NCBI GenBank assembly: GCA_965202805.1
Contig: OZ241869.1
Coordinates: 3,264,001 to 3,328,000, forward strand
DNA: 64,000 nucleotides
Direction of reading: 5' to 3'
From: Longimicrobiales bacterium
GTDB lineage: Bacteria > Gemmatimonadota > Gemmatimonadetes > Longimicrobiales > Gaopeijiaceae
The translations under genes and the position numbers were made by a program. The notes under the pieces were generated by a model, which ran no database searches, had not been told where the DNA came from, and saw nothing but the letters and a program-made list of their open reading frames with translations. This document shows, piece by piece, positions 39,724-49,726 of this stretch. Numbering within the stretch: position 1 is the first letter of the stretch; every line of letters starts with the position of its first letter.

Positions 39724-41012
39724 GGGGTCATCCTTGCAAGAGCGGTCTCGGCGTGACCGGGGAGTCCCTCCAGGCGGGCCAGGCGGGCCACCGGCGGCGC
39801 GAGCGACGCGGCCGCCTCCGGAAGAATGCGCTGCCACGTGTACGCGCGCACGAAGTGGTCGGTGGACAGGCCCGAATACGACCGGGAAAGACCGGCCGTG
39901 GGAAGGACATGGTTGGCGCCGGTCATGTAGTCTCCGAAGGCGACCGAACTCGACGCCCCCAGGAAAACCGTGCCCGCGGTGGGGACCTGTTCCATGGCGG
40001 CGTCCGGGTCGGCGACGTAGAGGGCGAGGTGTTCGGGGGCGTACGCGCGGGCGAAGCCGGTGGCCTGGTCGAGCGAGCGCGTCAGGACGATCGCGCCGCG
40101 GGTGGCCAGCGCCTCGCTGACCACCCGCCGCCGCGCCGCCCCGGCCACGATCACGCCCAGTTCCCGCCGCGCCTCCTCGGCGAGGCGGGCGCTGGGCGTG
40201 ATCAGCACGGCCGATGCGTCGGGGTCGTGCTCGGCCTGGGCGACCATCTCGAGCGCGACCAGCCGGGCGGGCGCGGTGTCGTCCGCGACCACCGCGATCT
40301 CGGAGGGGCCGGCGGGCGCGTCGATGACCACGTCGCCCGCCACCTGCCGCTTGGCTTCGGTGACCCAGCGGTTCCCCGGCCCCACCACCGCGTCGACCGC
40401 GGGCACCGACGCGGTGCCGTAGGCCATGGCCGCCACGGCCCCCGCCCCCCCCACCGCGAACAGCCGGGTGGCGCCCGCCAGCGCGCACGCCGCCATGACC
40501 GCCCCGGGGGGTTCGCCTTCCGGCCCGGGCGGGGAGCACACCACCACCTCGCCGACCCCGGCCTCGCGTGCGGGAATCACCCCCATCAGGACGCTCGACG
40601 GATAGGCGGCCAGGCCGCCCGGCGCGTATACTCCGGCGGCGGCGAGCGGCACCCGGCGGCGCCCGACCACCACCCCCGGCTCGGTCTCCATATGCCAGTC
40701 GGCGGGGAGCTGAGCCCGGTGGAAGGCGGCGATGTTGGCCGCGGCGCGCTCGAGCGCCGCGGTCACATCGGCGGGCAGCCGCCGCGCCGCCTCCCTCCAC
40801 CGCCGGCGCGGAACCTCCAGGGCGTCCAGTTCTACCCGGTCGTGCTCGCGCGCCAGTTCGCGCAGGGCGTCGTCCCCCCGCGCGCGCACGTCCGCGAGGA
40901 TCGCGGCAACCGCCTCGCGCACGCCCGCCTCTTCGGGGGGGCGCCGCTCCAGCAGCAGCCGGCGTTCATCCGCACTCATCGCCTCCAGCGGCGCGTCGAA
41001 GGCCAGCTTCAA
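39720..41012 (-). CDS. hisD: Histidinol dehydrogenase
   Basis: YAPGG..AYPSSVLM, VGPGN, PAGPSE, QAEHD, APEHL and GANHVLPT motifs; TTGA overlap with the hisG stop. Confidence 0.96.
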   Translation of the reverse strand: MKLAFDAPLEAMSADERRLLLERRPPEEAGVREAVAAILADVRARGDDALRELAREHDRVELDALEVPRRRWREAARRLPADVTAALERAAANIAAFHRAQLPADWHMETEPGVVVGRRRVPLAAAGVYAPGGLAAYPSSVLMGVIPAREAGVGEVVVCSPPGPEGEPPGAVMAACALAGATRLFAVGGAGAVAAMAYGTASVPAVDAVVGPGNRWVTEAKRQVAGDVVIDAPAGPSEIAVVADDTAPARLVALEMVAQAEHDPDASAVLITPSARLAEEARRELGVIVAGAARRRVVSEALATRGAIVLTRSLDQATGFARAYAPEHLALYVADPDAAMEQVPTAGTVFLGASSSVAFGDYMTGANHVLPTAGLSRSYSGLSTDHFVRAYTWQRILPEAAASLAPPVARLARLEGLPGHAETALARMTP

Positions 41013-41878
41013 GGCATCAGCCTCTCGATCGCGGTGACCAGGATGCCCTCCGCCCCGAGCTTCTTCAGCCGCGGAATCGTGCTCGACAGGCAATCGGCGT
41101 CGACCACCGCGTGCGCCGCGACCCAGGGACCCCCGCCCATGACTTCCACGATGGTCGGCCCCGAGATGCCGGGAATCACCTTCCGGACCTCATCCAGCCG
41201 GTCGCGGGGCACGTTGGCCATCAGATATCTTTTCTCGCGCGCGAGACGAACCGACTCGAGCGCCAGACAGAGCTCCGAGATCCTGTTGCCGAAGTCGGCC
41301 CGGTCCAGCACGGCCTCGCTCGCGATCAGGCGGGCCGTGGACTCCAGGAGGGTTTCGACTTCCCGCATCCCGTTCACGCGCAGCGTGGAGCCGGTCGCCG
41401 TGAGGTCCACGATGATCTCGGCCACCCCCAGGTGGGGCGCAATCTCGGCGGCGCCCGACACGGACGCGATCTCGACCGCGATCCCGAGCCTGTCGAAATA
41501 CGATCGCGTCAGCCGCGGAAACGCGGTGGCCACGCGCGTGCCGGCGGGGATGTCGGTGATGCCGCGGATGTTGCTCTCGTCCTGCACCGCCACCACCAGC
41601 CGGCACCGGCCGAACTCCAGGTCCGCCAGTTCCCGCACCTCGCAGCCGCTCTCGGCGACCAGGTCCGCGCCCGTCACTCCGACCTCCGCCGCTCCGTCCG
41701 CCACCAGTTCGGGGATGTCGGCCGCCCGCAGGAAGATGGCCTGGTGGTCGTTGCCGAGCGGTGCCGTGAGCGAACGGTTGCTTCGCATCTGCGCGCGAAG
41801 CCCGGCTTTGCGCAGCAGCGCGAGGGCGCTCTCCGACAGGCGGCCCTTGTTGGGCAGCGCGATTCTCAGGGGCGGCAC
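41009..41878 (-). CDS. hisG: ATP phosphoribosyltransferase (long form)
   Basis: IALPNKGRL, RAADIP, FGRCRL and IVDLTATGSTL motifs; C-terminal regulatory domain. Confidence 0.96.
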   Translation of the reverse strand: MPPLRIALPNKGRLSESALALLRKAGLRAQMRSNRSLTAPLGNDHQAIFLRAADIPELVADGAAEVGVTGADLVAESGCEVRELADLEFGRCRLVVAVQDESNIRGITDIPAGTRVATAFPRLTRSYFDRLGIAVEIASVSGAAEIAPHLGVAEIIVDLTATGSTLRVNGMREVETLLESTARLIASEAVLDRADFGNRISELCLALESVRLAREKRYLMANVPRDRLDEVRKVIPGISGPTIVEVMGGGPWVAAHAVVDADCLSSTIPRLKKLGAEGILVTAIERLMP

Positions 41879-41911
41879 GCGGTTCTCCCCGTCCGGGTCC
41901 GGAGGAAGCTT

Positions 41912-42250
41912 CTAGCGGGGAAGGGTGGCGAGGGCGTCCGCCCGGGAGGCCGCAACCGGGATGATTCTGTCGAAGCCGCTGATCTGGAAGACTTCGGAAA
42001 TCATGGGGGACAGCGAGCAGACCACGAACGGGACATGCTTCTGGTCGAGATGCCGGGTGACCCGGAGCAGGACGCGCAGCCCCGCGCTGCTCACGTAGCT
42101 GAGTTCCTCGCAGTCGAGGATCACGCCCCTGCCTCCCTTGTCGAGCACGCCGTCCATGCCGGACTGGAAGTCGCGCGCGTTGCCGGAGTCGATGCGGCCG
42201 CTCACGCTGACGACGAGTGCCCGCTCCTGGTGTTCGGTCCGGATCTTCAT
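41912..42250 (-). CDS. STAS domain anti-sigma factor antagonist
   Basis: SGRID, LSYVSSAGLRVLL and EVFQISGF motifs. Confidence 0.9.
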   Translation of the reverse strand: MKIRTEHQERALVVSVSGRIDSGNARDFQSGMDGVLDKGGRGVILDCEELSYVSSAGLRVLLRVTRHLDQKHVPFVVCSLSPMISEVFQISGFDRIIPVAASRADALATLPR

Positions 42251-43071
42251 TCTGGCGTCTCTCCCTGGATGGTTACGCGGTATCCCGACCGGGTGGCGGG
42301 CCAGTAGTCCCAGATCGCGTGGTGCTGCGTGCAGCGGTTGTCCCACATCGCCACCGAATTGCGCCGCCAGCGGAACCGGCACTGGAAGTGCGGGCGGCTG
42401 ACGTGCTCGAACAGGAAGTCGAGAAGGGCCCGGCTTTCGCCGGCGGGAATGCCGGTGATGTACTGGGTGAACAGCTTGTTGACGAAGAGCGCCTTGCGGC
42501 CCGTGACCGGATGGGTGCGAATCACCGGATGCTCCGCGCGCGGGTAGGTGCGGCCTCCGTCGTCGCGGTCGAGCAGCCGGTTCACACGCTGGTAGTACGG
42601 CGCGCCGTCGTGCACCGCCCGCAGCCCGTCGAGCAGCGCCCGCATCCGCTCGGAGAGGGCCTCGTACGCGGCGTACATGCAGGCGAACAGGGTGTCCCCG
42701 CCGGTATCCGGGACGGTGTGCATGCGCACAATGGAGCCCATGGGCGGCAGCGGATCGCACGACACGTCCGAATGCCACTCCTCTCCGGTCGCGCGCACCG
42801 AGTTCTCGTCCGCGTGGATCGGCATGACCTCGGGATGACCGTCCACCCCCGGGTCGTTGGGGTGCGCGACCAGCTTGCCGAAGCGCTGGCCGAGCAGCTT
42901 CTGGCTCTCGATGGAGATGTCCTGGTCGCGGAAGAAGAGGGCCCCGTGGGCCATGAGGCCGCCGTACAGGACGGCGAACGCGGAATCGGAGAGGTTGCCG
43001 AGGTCGATCCCGTCGACGCTGGCGCCGATTACGGGGGTCACCGGCGTGATGGTGATGGCGTTTCGACTCAT
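42247..43071 (-). CDS. tauD: TauD/TfdA family alpha-ketoglutarate-dependent dioxygenase (taurine dioxygenase-like)
   Basis: FFRDQ, WHSDV (HxD), GGDT, HPVIRTHPVTGRK and WDNRCTQH motifs. Confidence 0.85.
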   Translation of the reverse strand: MSRNAITITPVTPVIGASVDGIDLGNLSDSAFAVLYGGLMAHGALFFRDQDISIESQKLLGQRFGKLVAHPNDPGVDGHPEVMPIHADENSVRATGEEWHSDVSCDPLPPMGSIVRMHTVPDTGGDTLFACMYAAYEALSERMRALLDGLRAVHDGAPYYQRVNRLLDRDDGGRTYPRAEHPVIRTHPVTGRKALFVNKLFTQYITGIPAGESRALLDFLFEHVSRPHFQCRFRWRRNSVAMWDNRCTQHHAIWDYWPATRSGYRVTIQGETPE

Positions 43072-43308
43072 GGCGGAATCCGGTGTCGACGGCGGAATCA
43101 TCCGGGGCAAACGTGGTTTGTCCCGCTCATCGGGTGGTGTTACGGTCTCCGAAGTATGCCGGAATCAGGATCAGGTTCCGGCTCCGGCCCGCGCGCGGGA
43201 CCGGATACGCCGGGGTGCCGGACCAACTTTGGCACGAACGGCGGACAGGAGCAACCAACCGGGCCGGGAGCGGGCATGCTGCGAGACCAGAGGAACCGGA
43301 ATGGAGCC

Positions 43309-45240
43309 ATGTCCGCGAGGGGTCTGACGGTCGCGGCCGTCCTTCTCTTCCCGCTCGCCTGGGGGGCGTGCAGCGGCCCCGCCGTCGGGGACGCGAACGG
43401 CGGAAACTTCACCGACCGCACCCGCGAGGCGCCCCACGGCGGAGACGCCGCCCACCTCGCGTGGCTCGAGGCCAGCTACGGGAAGACCTCGCACATGGTG
43501 CCCATGCGGGACGGCGTCGAGCTCTTCACCATCGTCTACAGGCCGCGCGAGATCAGCGGGCCGCTCCCGGTCATGCTCTTCCGCACGCCATACTCGGTCG
43601 GGCCCTACGAGCCCGGCGCGTACCGCAACCCCCTGGGCCCGTCCGCCGAGTTCGACCGCGCCGGCTACATCTTCGTCTTCCAGGACGTGCGCGGACAGTT
43701 CATGTCCGAGGGCGACTTCGAGGTGATCCGGCCGCTGGCGCCCACGCCGAAGGGGCCGGCGACCGCCGACGAGAGCACCGACAACTACGACACCATCGAG
43801 TGGATCCTCGCCAACGTGGAGGGCCACAACGGCAGGGTCGGGCAGTGGGGCATCTCCTACCCGGGATGGCAGACCGTGATGGGCATGGTCGACGCGCACC
43901 CGGCGCTCGCGGCGTCCTCCCCGCAGGCCTCTCCCGCGGACATGTTCATCGGCGACGACTGGCACCACAACGGCGCCTTCCGGATCATGTACGCCTTCTC
44001 CTGGCTCGCCGGAAACGCGCGCCGCCGCGACGGACCGACCGATGCCCGGGGGCAGGCCTTCGACTACGGAACCGACTCCGGCTACGACTTCTTCCTCGAG
44101 GCGGGCGCGGCGTCCAACATCGACGACCTCTACTTCCATGAAGAAGTCCCGGCCTGGAACGACTTCATGGAGCACGACACCTACGACGACTACTGGCAGA
44201 ACCAGAACGCGCTCGCGCACCTCGGCGGCATCGGCCACCCCATCCTGAACGTCGCGGGATGGTTCGACACCGAGGACTTCTACGGCCCGATGTCGATCTA
44301 CCGGACCATCGAGGCCGAGAATCCCGGCACAGAGAACACGCTGGCCGCAGGGCCCTGGCTGCACGGCGGATGGCGGCGCATGCTGGGCGACCACCTGGGG
44401 TGCATCGAGTTCGATGATCAGACGTCGATCACCTTCCAGCGCGAGGTGCAGTTCCCCTTCTTCGAGCACCACCTGCGCGGGACGGAGGGCTGGACCCCGC
44501 ACGAGGCCGTCGTCTTCGAGACCGGGACGAATGTCTGGCGCCGGCACGAGAGCTGGCCGCCCGCCGGGGTCGAGCCTGTGGCGCTGTATCTGCGGGAAGA
44601 CGGGATGCTCGCGTTCGAGGCGCCCTCGCAGCCCGGCGGTGCCGACAGTTACGTCAGCGACCCGGACGAACCGGTGCCGTTCTCCGCGGAGGAGCGGACC
44701 ACGCTCGGCCATCTGTGGAAGGTGGAGGACCAGCGCTTCGCGTCGGCGCGCCCGGACGTGCTGGTCTACCAGTCCGAGCCGCTCGATGAGGACATGACCA
44801 TCGCCGGGCCCATCCTCGCGGACATCTTCGTGTCCACCACGGGCACCGACTCCGACTGGATCGTGAAGGTGATCGACGTTCACCCGGACGACGCGCCGGA
44901 TTCACCCTTCTGCGACGTGCCCATGGGCGGCTACCAGATGCATCTGGCGGGCGAGATCATGCGCGGCCGCTTCCGCGAGAGCTTCGAGGACCCGGCGGCG
45001 ATGGTCCCCGGCGAGGTGACCCCCATCCACATCGACCTGCGAGACCGCTACCACACCTTCCGGGCCGGCCACCGCATCATGGTGCACGTGCAGAGCTCGT
45101 GGTTCCCCGCCTACGACCGCAACCCGCAGCAGTTCGTCGACACCTACCGGGCCACCCCGGACCAGTACATCACGGCCGAGCAGACGGTGTACCGCTCACG
45201 GGAATACCCGTCGCGGGTGACGCTGGGGGTGGTGCGGTGA
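43309..45240 (+). CDS. CocE/NonD family hydrolase (X-Pro dipeptidyl-peptidase/amino-acid ester hydrolase-like), lipoprotein
   Basis: PMRDGVELFT, RTPY, QDVRG, GISYPG, GWFD and GPWLHG motifs. Confidence 0.9.
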   Translation: MSARGLTVAAVLLFPLAWGACSGPAVGDANGGNFTDRTREAPHGGDAAHLAWLEASYGKTSHMVPMRDGVELFTIVYRPREISGPLPVMLFRTPYSVGPYEPGAYRNPLGPSAEFDRAGYIFVFQDVRGQFMSEGDFEVIRPLAPTPKGPATADESTDNYDTIEWILANVEGHNGRVGQWGISYPGWQTVMGMVDAHPALAASSPQASPADMFIGDDWHHNGAFRIMYAFSWLAGNARRRDGPTDARGQAFDYGTDSGYDFFLEAGAASNIDDLYFHEEVPAWNDFMEHDTYDDYWQNQNALAHLGGIGHPILNVAGWFDTEDFYGPMSIYRTIEAENPGTENTLAAGPWLHGGWRRMLGDHLGCIEFDDQTSITFQREVQFPFFEHHLRGTEGWTPHEAVVFETGTNVWRRHESWPPAGVEPVALYLREDGMLAFEAPSQPGGADSYVSDPDEPVPFSAEERTTLGHLWKVEDQRFASARPDVLVYQSEPLDEDMTIAGPILADIFVSTTGTDSDWIVKVIDVHPDDAPDSPFCDVPMGGYQMHLAGEIMRGRFRESFEDPAAMVPGEVTPIHIDLRDRYHTFRAGHRIMVHVQSSWFPAYDRNPQQFVDTYRATPDQYITAEQTVYRSREYPSRVTLGVVR

Positions 45241-45941
45241 CAAGACCCGCCCCGCTGATTCTCGCTGCGATGTGCGCCGTCCTGCTGGCGCCGATGCCGT
45301 CGTTCGCCCAGTCCGCGCTGTCCTTGCGCGTGGCGCCCGAGGCGGGCCGGTTGTCCGTCGAGCACATCAAGAAGGTGACCATTGGCGGTGGATCCAGCTC
45401 GAGCGCGTCATCCGCTTCGGGACCGAGGCTGGGCGCCAACCTGACCGCCGGCATCCGTCGGGGATTGCCCGGGAACTGGCTGCTGGGGGCCGACTTCGAG
45501 GGCACGATCTTCGTCCGCCGTGCGATCGAGGGCACGATCCAGCCGACTCCAGCCGGCAACGTCCACGACGTCTGGCCGGGCAGCTGGGACTACCGCGACC
45601 GGTACGGCATCGGCCTCAGCCTCGTGGCCGGCCGCCGGTTCGGAGGCGGAGGCTCGCGCGGCTACGTCTTCGGCGGACCACGCCGGACGTGGAGCGAGTT
45701 CGCCACCGGAGGGGTCAATCCCGCAAACGGCGAAGCCGGCGAAGACCGCGACAGGTTCGCGACGATACCCTGGACCGTGGGCATCGGCGCCACCCTCGAC
45801 GGGGCGTGGCCCGTCGACATCCGGGTTCGCTACTCGCGGTCCTACCTCGACTGGATCATCGAGCAGGGCTCGCTGAGGCTCGACTACAGGTACAACGTCA
45901 GCGGGGTGTCGGTCTCGGTGGGGGTGGGGTTGGCCGGTTGA
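45237..45941 (+). CDS. Hypothetical exported protein, probable small outer-membrane beta-barrel
   Basis: Signal peptide (..SFA-Q); alternating amphipathic strands; GTGA overlap with the upstream stop. Confidence 0.55.
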   Translation: MTRPAPLILAAMCAVLLAPMPSFAQSALSLRVAPEAGRLSVEHIKKVTIGGGSSSSASSASGPRLGANLTAGIRRGLPGNWLLGADFEGTIFVRRAIEGTIQPTPAGNVHDVWPGSWDYRDRYGIGLSLVAGRRFGGGGSRGYVFGGPRRTWSEFATGGVNPANGEAGEDRDRFATIPWTVGIGATLDGAWPVDIRVRYSRSYLDWIIEQGSLRLDYRYNVSGVSVSVGVGLAG

Positions 45942-45947
45942 GGCCGC

Positions 45948-47723
45948 TTATTCGGGTTCCGCAGCGGGACTCGCACTCTCCGCCACGGCCGCAATGGCGT
46001 CCAGCTTTTCCATTATCTCCGGGTCGATCTCGTCATCCGGTAGGTACTGCACGAGCTGATGGTAGTTCTTCTTGGCCATCAGGTTCGGCAAGTCCAGCTT
46101 TCGGAAGTACTCTGCGAAGAGGGGGGCCAGGAAGTCATCGCTGGCCTTCACATCGCCGTCCCACGGAGATCCCTTGCCGAGTTTTGTCATCGCTGACTCG
46201 ATTTCGGTAATCGAATCGCGCATGGCTTGCACGCGTTGGTCTCTTTCCGCCGTTGTAGAGCCGGACCCAGGTGCGTCTCCGGGTGCCGGGGCCGCTGCGT
46301 ACGCTTCGAGTGTGGCTCGCGAGCAGACGTAGTTCTCGAGTTCCCTGCGTTGCCACATCAGGAGCTTCGCCGGGGATATGTCTCGGGGGTCCCTGCCGAG
46401 GCGGTCGAACAGAGCGACTCCGCGCACGCCGGGGATTGCCTCGCGCAAACCGTGGTAGTGCCGCTGAACCGCCGTGACTTGGTTCGCGACATAACGAACG
46501 GCCGGTCGCTCAAGCGCTTCCTGCGCCGACTCGTGCTCCAGCCGCCTGGCGAAAGCCTGCAGCATCGACAGATCGGTCGAACCCTCAAGATAGAGTACCC
46601 ATCCTTGCTGCTCGGCTTGGAAATAGTCGTCAAACGGGATCTCCTTCAACGCCTTCAGGACCTGGCTGCCACGCTTCACGGAATGCGGTCTGCCGACAAA
46701 CGCGACGACCACGTCCTGACGCGCGGCTTCGTCCAGCAGCACCTCGGAGTGACTCGCGGCGATGACTTGGCTGCCGGTCTCGTCCGCCACTGCGGTGAGC
46801 AAGCGGTAGGTTTGACGTTGGCGGAGGGTCTCGAGGTGCGCGTCGGGCTCGTCCAGCAGGAGGACGGCACCGGGATTCGCGTACATGTAAGCCAGGAGGA
46901 GCATGGTTTGTTGGAGACCCCGCCCCGACGCCGACAGGTCGAATTGCGTTTCCCGCTCCCGGTAGGTCATCGCGATTTCGCCCCGCTCCCTGATGTACTG
47001 CGGCGTGCCGAGTTGAACCCGGAACAGTTTGTGAATGCGCTTGACGATCTCCTCCCACTGCGAGCGCTGATTCTCATGCACGCGGAAGCAGAGATTGCGG
47101 AGTACTTCGGCGGTCCGTCCCTCTCCGATGCGGACGTTGACGGCACCTCGGTCGAGCCGGGTTTCTGTGGCCGCCAGCCCCGACATCGGGGGAAGAAAGG
47201 CGACTCGTACGCTGGCCGCTTCCTCGGGGACAGGCATCCGCTCTGAGTTTCCCTCCTCAGCCAGTCGTGGTCGACAATAGACGGACTCCTCGTTCGCGTG
47301 CTCGAACTCCAGCCCACAGGTCCAGCGCCGGCCATGGGTGACACCCTCTACCGTGAGGTCGATGTAGACGCGACGGAACTCGGACGTAATCCCAACCAGG
47401 TGAGAACGATAGGTCCTCAGTTCGCGCCACAAGAGGCGGGCCTGCGGGACCGGAATGGCAACGAGATCGCGCCGATTGATCGTCGCACGCCAGGAGTCGT
47501 CCGGCCTCGCCAGCAGGCCTGCTCGTATCCCGCGAGGCGGCAGCAACTGGCGCCGGGACCGCTGTTCCCTCCAACGCCTGAGACCGATGTCCCATAACGC
47601 CAGTGCCTGCATGGCCGACGTCTTCCCGGAGTTGTTCGGGCCTATGAAGACGACGGGACTTCCCAACTCGATTTCAACTTCGTCGAACCGCTTGAAGTTG
47701 CGGATGGTAAGCTTGGTCAGCAT
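45948..47723 (-). CDS. ABC/AAA_21-type ATPase with C-terminal TOPRIM-like region (OLD-family-like)
   Basis: LTIRNFKRF, IGPNNSGKTS, signature SGRG, LLDEPDAHL and ASHS motifs; then LYLEGSTD, ALFD and RRELENY. Confidence 0.8.
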   Translation of the reverse strand: MLTKLTIRNFKRFDEVEIELGSPVVFIGPNNSGKTSAMQALALWDIGLRRWREQRSRRQLLPPRGIRAGLLARPDDSWRATINRRDLVAIPVPQARLLWRELRTYRSHLVGITSEFRRVYIDLTVEGVTHGRRWTCGLEFEHANEESVYCRPRLAEEGNSERMPVPEEAASVRVAFLPPMSGLAATETRLDRGAVNVRIGEGRTAEVLRNLCFRVHENQRSQWEEIVKRIHKLFRVQLGTPQYIRERGEIAMTYRERETQFDLSASGRGLQQTMLLLAYMYANPGAVLLLDEPDAHLETLRQRQTYRLLTAVADETGSQVIAASHSEVLLDEAARQDVVVAFVGRPHSVKRGSQVLKALKEIPFDDYFQAEQQGWVLYLEGSTDLSMLQAFARRLEHESAQEALERPAVRYVANQVTAVQRHYHGLREAIPGVRGVALFDRLGRDPRDISPAKLLMWQRRELENYVCSRATLEAYAAAPAPGDAPGSGSTTAERDQRVQAMRDSITEIESAMTKLGKGSPWDGDVKASDDFLAPLFAEYFRKLDLPNLMAKKNYHQLVQYLPDDEIDPEIMEKLDAIAAVAESASPAAEPE

Positions 47724-47902
47724 CAACGAACCTCTTGCATCATGGCGTTGGTGACCTGTGTCCTTGTTGCAGCCCAACGAGCAGCGGCCCCGGACCACGG
47801 CCGGGATGAAGGCATCAGCGGTGCCAGCGACCCGGGACCGACCCGTCCATGATCGAACGGTGGACCGGCGCGCCCAAGAGGTCAAGGTGCCCGGTCTGGG
47901 GT

Positions 47903-47948
47903 CTGCCATTTTGGCAGACTTGTCCCTGCGGAGTCTGCCATTTTGGCG
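47903..47948. repeat. Paired palindrome CTGCCATTTTGGCAG (copy 1; second unit imperfect)
   Basis: Units at 47903 and 47935, 32-bp period. Confidence 0.85.
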
Positions 47949-47973
47949 CCCCCCTACCCGTCGTGTGTTCCCC

Positions 47974-48073
47974 ATGGACCATCCGATTCGCCTGCGGGGG
48001 CGCGAGCCAGCACAACCTGGCGAACCTGGATCCCGACATCCCGAGGCGGACCTTCACGGTGATCACCGGGCCG
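47974..48073 (+). pseudogene. uvrA: Frameshifted duplicate of the first 33 codons of uvrA
   Basis: Matches 56787..56885 (MDHPIRLRG ASQHNLANLD.DIPRRTFTVITGP) with one extra G in the G-run near 47996-48000; the match stops after ACCGGGCCG. Confidence 0.9.
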
Positions 48074-48118
48074 ATGTGATCGCGGCGGCTGAGTCGGACG
48101 GTGGGCTGGCAGTCGTCT

Positions 48119-48523
48119 TCAGGAACAGAGGTTGTCCATGAAGTCACGGGGGCGAATCACAATCACGTTGCGGTAGGGAGAGGTGGTCAGAAGAGCGCGG
48201 TCTCCGCTCACGACGTACCCGGCTCCCGCAGCCACCGCACAGGCGATAAACTTGTGGTCATCCCCGTCTGCACAAACCGGTTCGGAAAGCGGGGACGCCG
48301 AGACCAGGGTGGCGGAGGCGGCGACCAGTTGCAGCGCGGGTTCAAGGTCCGCGCCGGGAAAGCGCGTCGACAGTCGCTCGCCGACCCGAACGTACTCCTC
48401 GATGATCTCGCGGGACACCACGAACTCGATTCTCTCGTCGCGCCAGGCCGCAAGCACCTCGCCCGGAGGTCCACCGAAGAACACACCTGAGACGAAGACG
48501 TTGGTGTCGATTACGACCTTCAC
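48119..48523 (-). CDS. PIN-domain toxin (PIN_3 family)
   Basis: VVIDTNVFVS, EEY, DGDDHKFIACAV and VSGDRALL motifs. Confidence 0.9.
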   Translation of the reverse strand: MKVVIDTNVFVSGVFFGGPPGEVLAAWRDERIEFVVSREIIEEYVRVGERLSTRFPGADLEPALQLVAASATLVSASPLSEPVCADGDDHKFIACAVAAGAGYVVSGDRALLTTSPYRNVIVIRPRDFMDNLCS

Positions 48524-48780
48524 GCCGACCGGACCGCGCGGATTGCCTCCCCGATGTCGGATCTGTGCATTCCAGCACGCCGCGCGCCCTTTCGCGCCCT
48601 CGCGACGATCTCATCGAAGTCCCGCATGGAGGGCGCCTCGATCACCTTGAGCACAACCGTACCGTCTTCGCCGAAGACCACGAACTCCGTGCCGGCATCG
48701 AGCCCAAGGCTCCGCCGAATCGGCTCGGGAATAACGACCTGCCCCTTTGATGACAGCCTGGTTGTCGCGAAGTTGTCCAT
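48520..48780 (-). CDS. AbrB/MazE/SpoVT family antitoxin
   Basis: TRLSSKGQVVIPEPIRRSLGL; GTGA-coupled to the PIN gene. Confidence 0.9.
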   Translation of the reverse strand: MDNFATTRLSSKGQVVIPEPIRRSLGLDAGTEFVVFGEDGTVVLKVIEAPSMRDFDEIVARARKGARRAGMHRSDIGEAIRAVRSA

Positions 48781-48788
48781 GACATCGA

Positions 48789-48802
48789 TCTTACCGGTAA
48801 GA
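48789..48802. promoter_or_regulatory. Perfect 14-bp palindrome, probable autoregulatory operator of the AbrB-PIN pair
   Basis: TCTTACCGGTAAGA, 8 bp upstream of the antitoxin ATG. Confidence 0.6.
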
Positions 48803-48913
48803 CGAGGCTCGCGTCAACCCCCTCCCGGGGACAGTCGGAGCCTTTCGCGGACCGCATCGCGTGTCATCTGCGCCGCGTGTCTCGGGCCTGCATGTCCACC
48901 GATCTCCAACCCT

Positions 48914-49102
48914 CTGCCATTTTGGCAGACATGCCCTGCGACCCTCTGCCATTTTGGCAGAGTGCACAAGATCTGAATCATGGCAAGGAAACACATAAGT
49001 TGAAACAGGACTGCACGATCTGCGCTACTTGCCGATAGATTATGCCGGATTCGACCGAACTGAAATGGCGGGGGAACCGCATCAATTGGCGGGAATCGGG
49101 GG
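48914..49102 (+). repeat. Left arm of a degenerate inverted repeat (paired palindrome copy 2 plus about 140 bp)
   Basis: Palindromes at 48914 and 48946. The following blocks AATCA, GCAAG, CATAAGTT, TGCACGATCTGC, TACTTGCCG and GGCGGGAATC are colinear with the reverse complement of 56565..56693. Confidence 0.75.
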
Positions 49103-49726
49103 TCACCTCTCCGACGGGAAGGCGCCCTCCATCATGCGAACCCCGTCGATGTAGACCAGCGGGTGGCTGGACAGGATCATGCTGCCGTTGCCCCGCAGCC
49201 GGATCTGCTTGCCCTGGCCCGCCTCTGCGCTGCCGCCCGTGACCTCCACGCCGACGGCACTGCCCCGCAGAAAGTCCGACAGGGTCGGCGGGCGGTCCAG
49301 CACTTCATCGATCTCAAGCCGGGCCACGGTATTGCCGACCTCGCGCCCCCGCCGGCTCCCCGCCTCGCTCGTGACGACGATCTCGTCCATCGCGACCGGC
49401 TCCGGCGTCAGCGCGAAGTCCACGACCACGGCGCTGCCCGTCGGCACGCTCACCGTCCGCCGAAGCGGGCGGTACCCGATGAACTCGACCCGGAGGACAT
49501 GGTCGCCGGACGGCACCGCAAGGAGCATGAACCGTCCGTCGTCCCCGGAAAGGCCCGCTTCGGCCGCGCCTTCCAGGATCAGTGCGGCACCGGGGAGCGC
49601 CGCCTCGGACTGGACGTCGCTCACGCTACCCATGACGGTCCCGGTCTGGGCGGAGAGGCCCGGGACGAAGCTCACGGCCAGAAGCAGCGCCGAGGCCGTC
49701 GGAGCGCGAGAACGCTGGCCGTTCAT
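49103..49726 (-). pseudogene. Truncated SusC-like TonB-dependent receptor (signal peptide, carboxypeptidase-regulatory-like domain, partial plug)
   Basis: QTGTVMGSVSD...DGRF...FIGY...MDEIVVT...IRLRG...PLVYIDGV, then a stop after about 207 aa; no barrel follows. Confidence 0.85.

Noticed and set aside
42217..43308. Long N-terminal extensions in ORF-track calls (CocE from 42217; also 7422, 59665, 58892, 40800, 36340, 12694)
   Set aside because: They overlap neighbouring real genes; internal starts with signal peptides, RBS or stop/start overlaps fit better.
48976..49102. Sigma-54 promoter within the repeat arms
   Set aside because: No correctly spaced GG-N10-GC element conserved in both arms was found.
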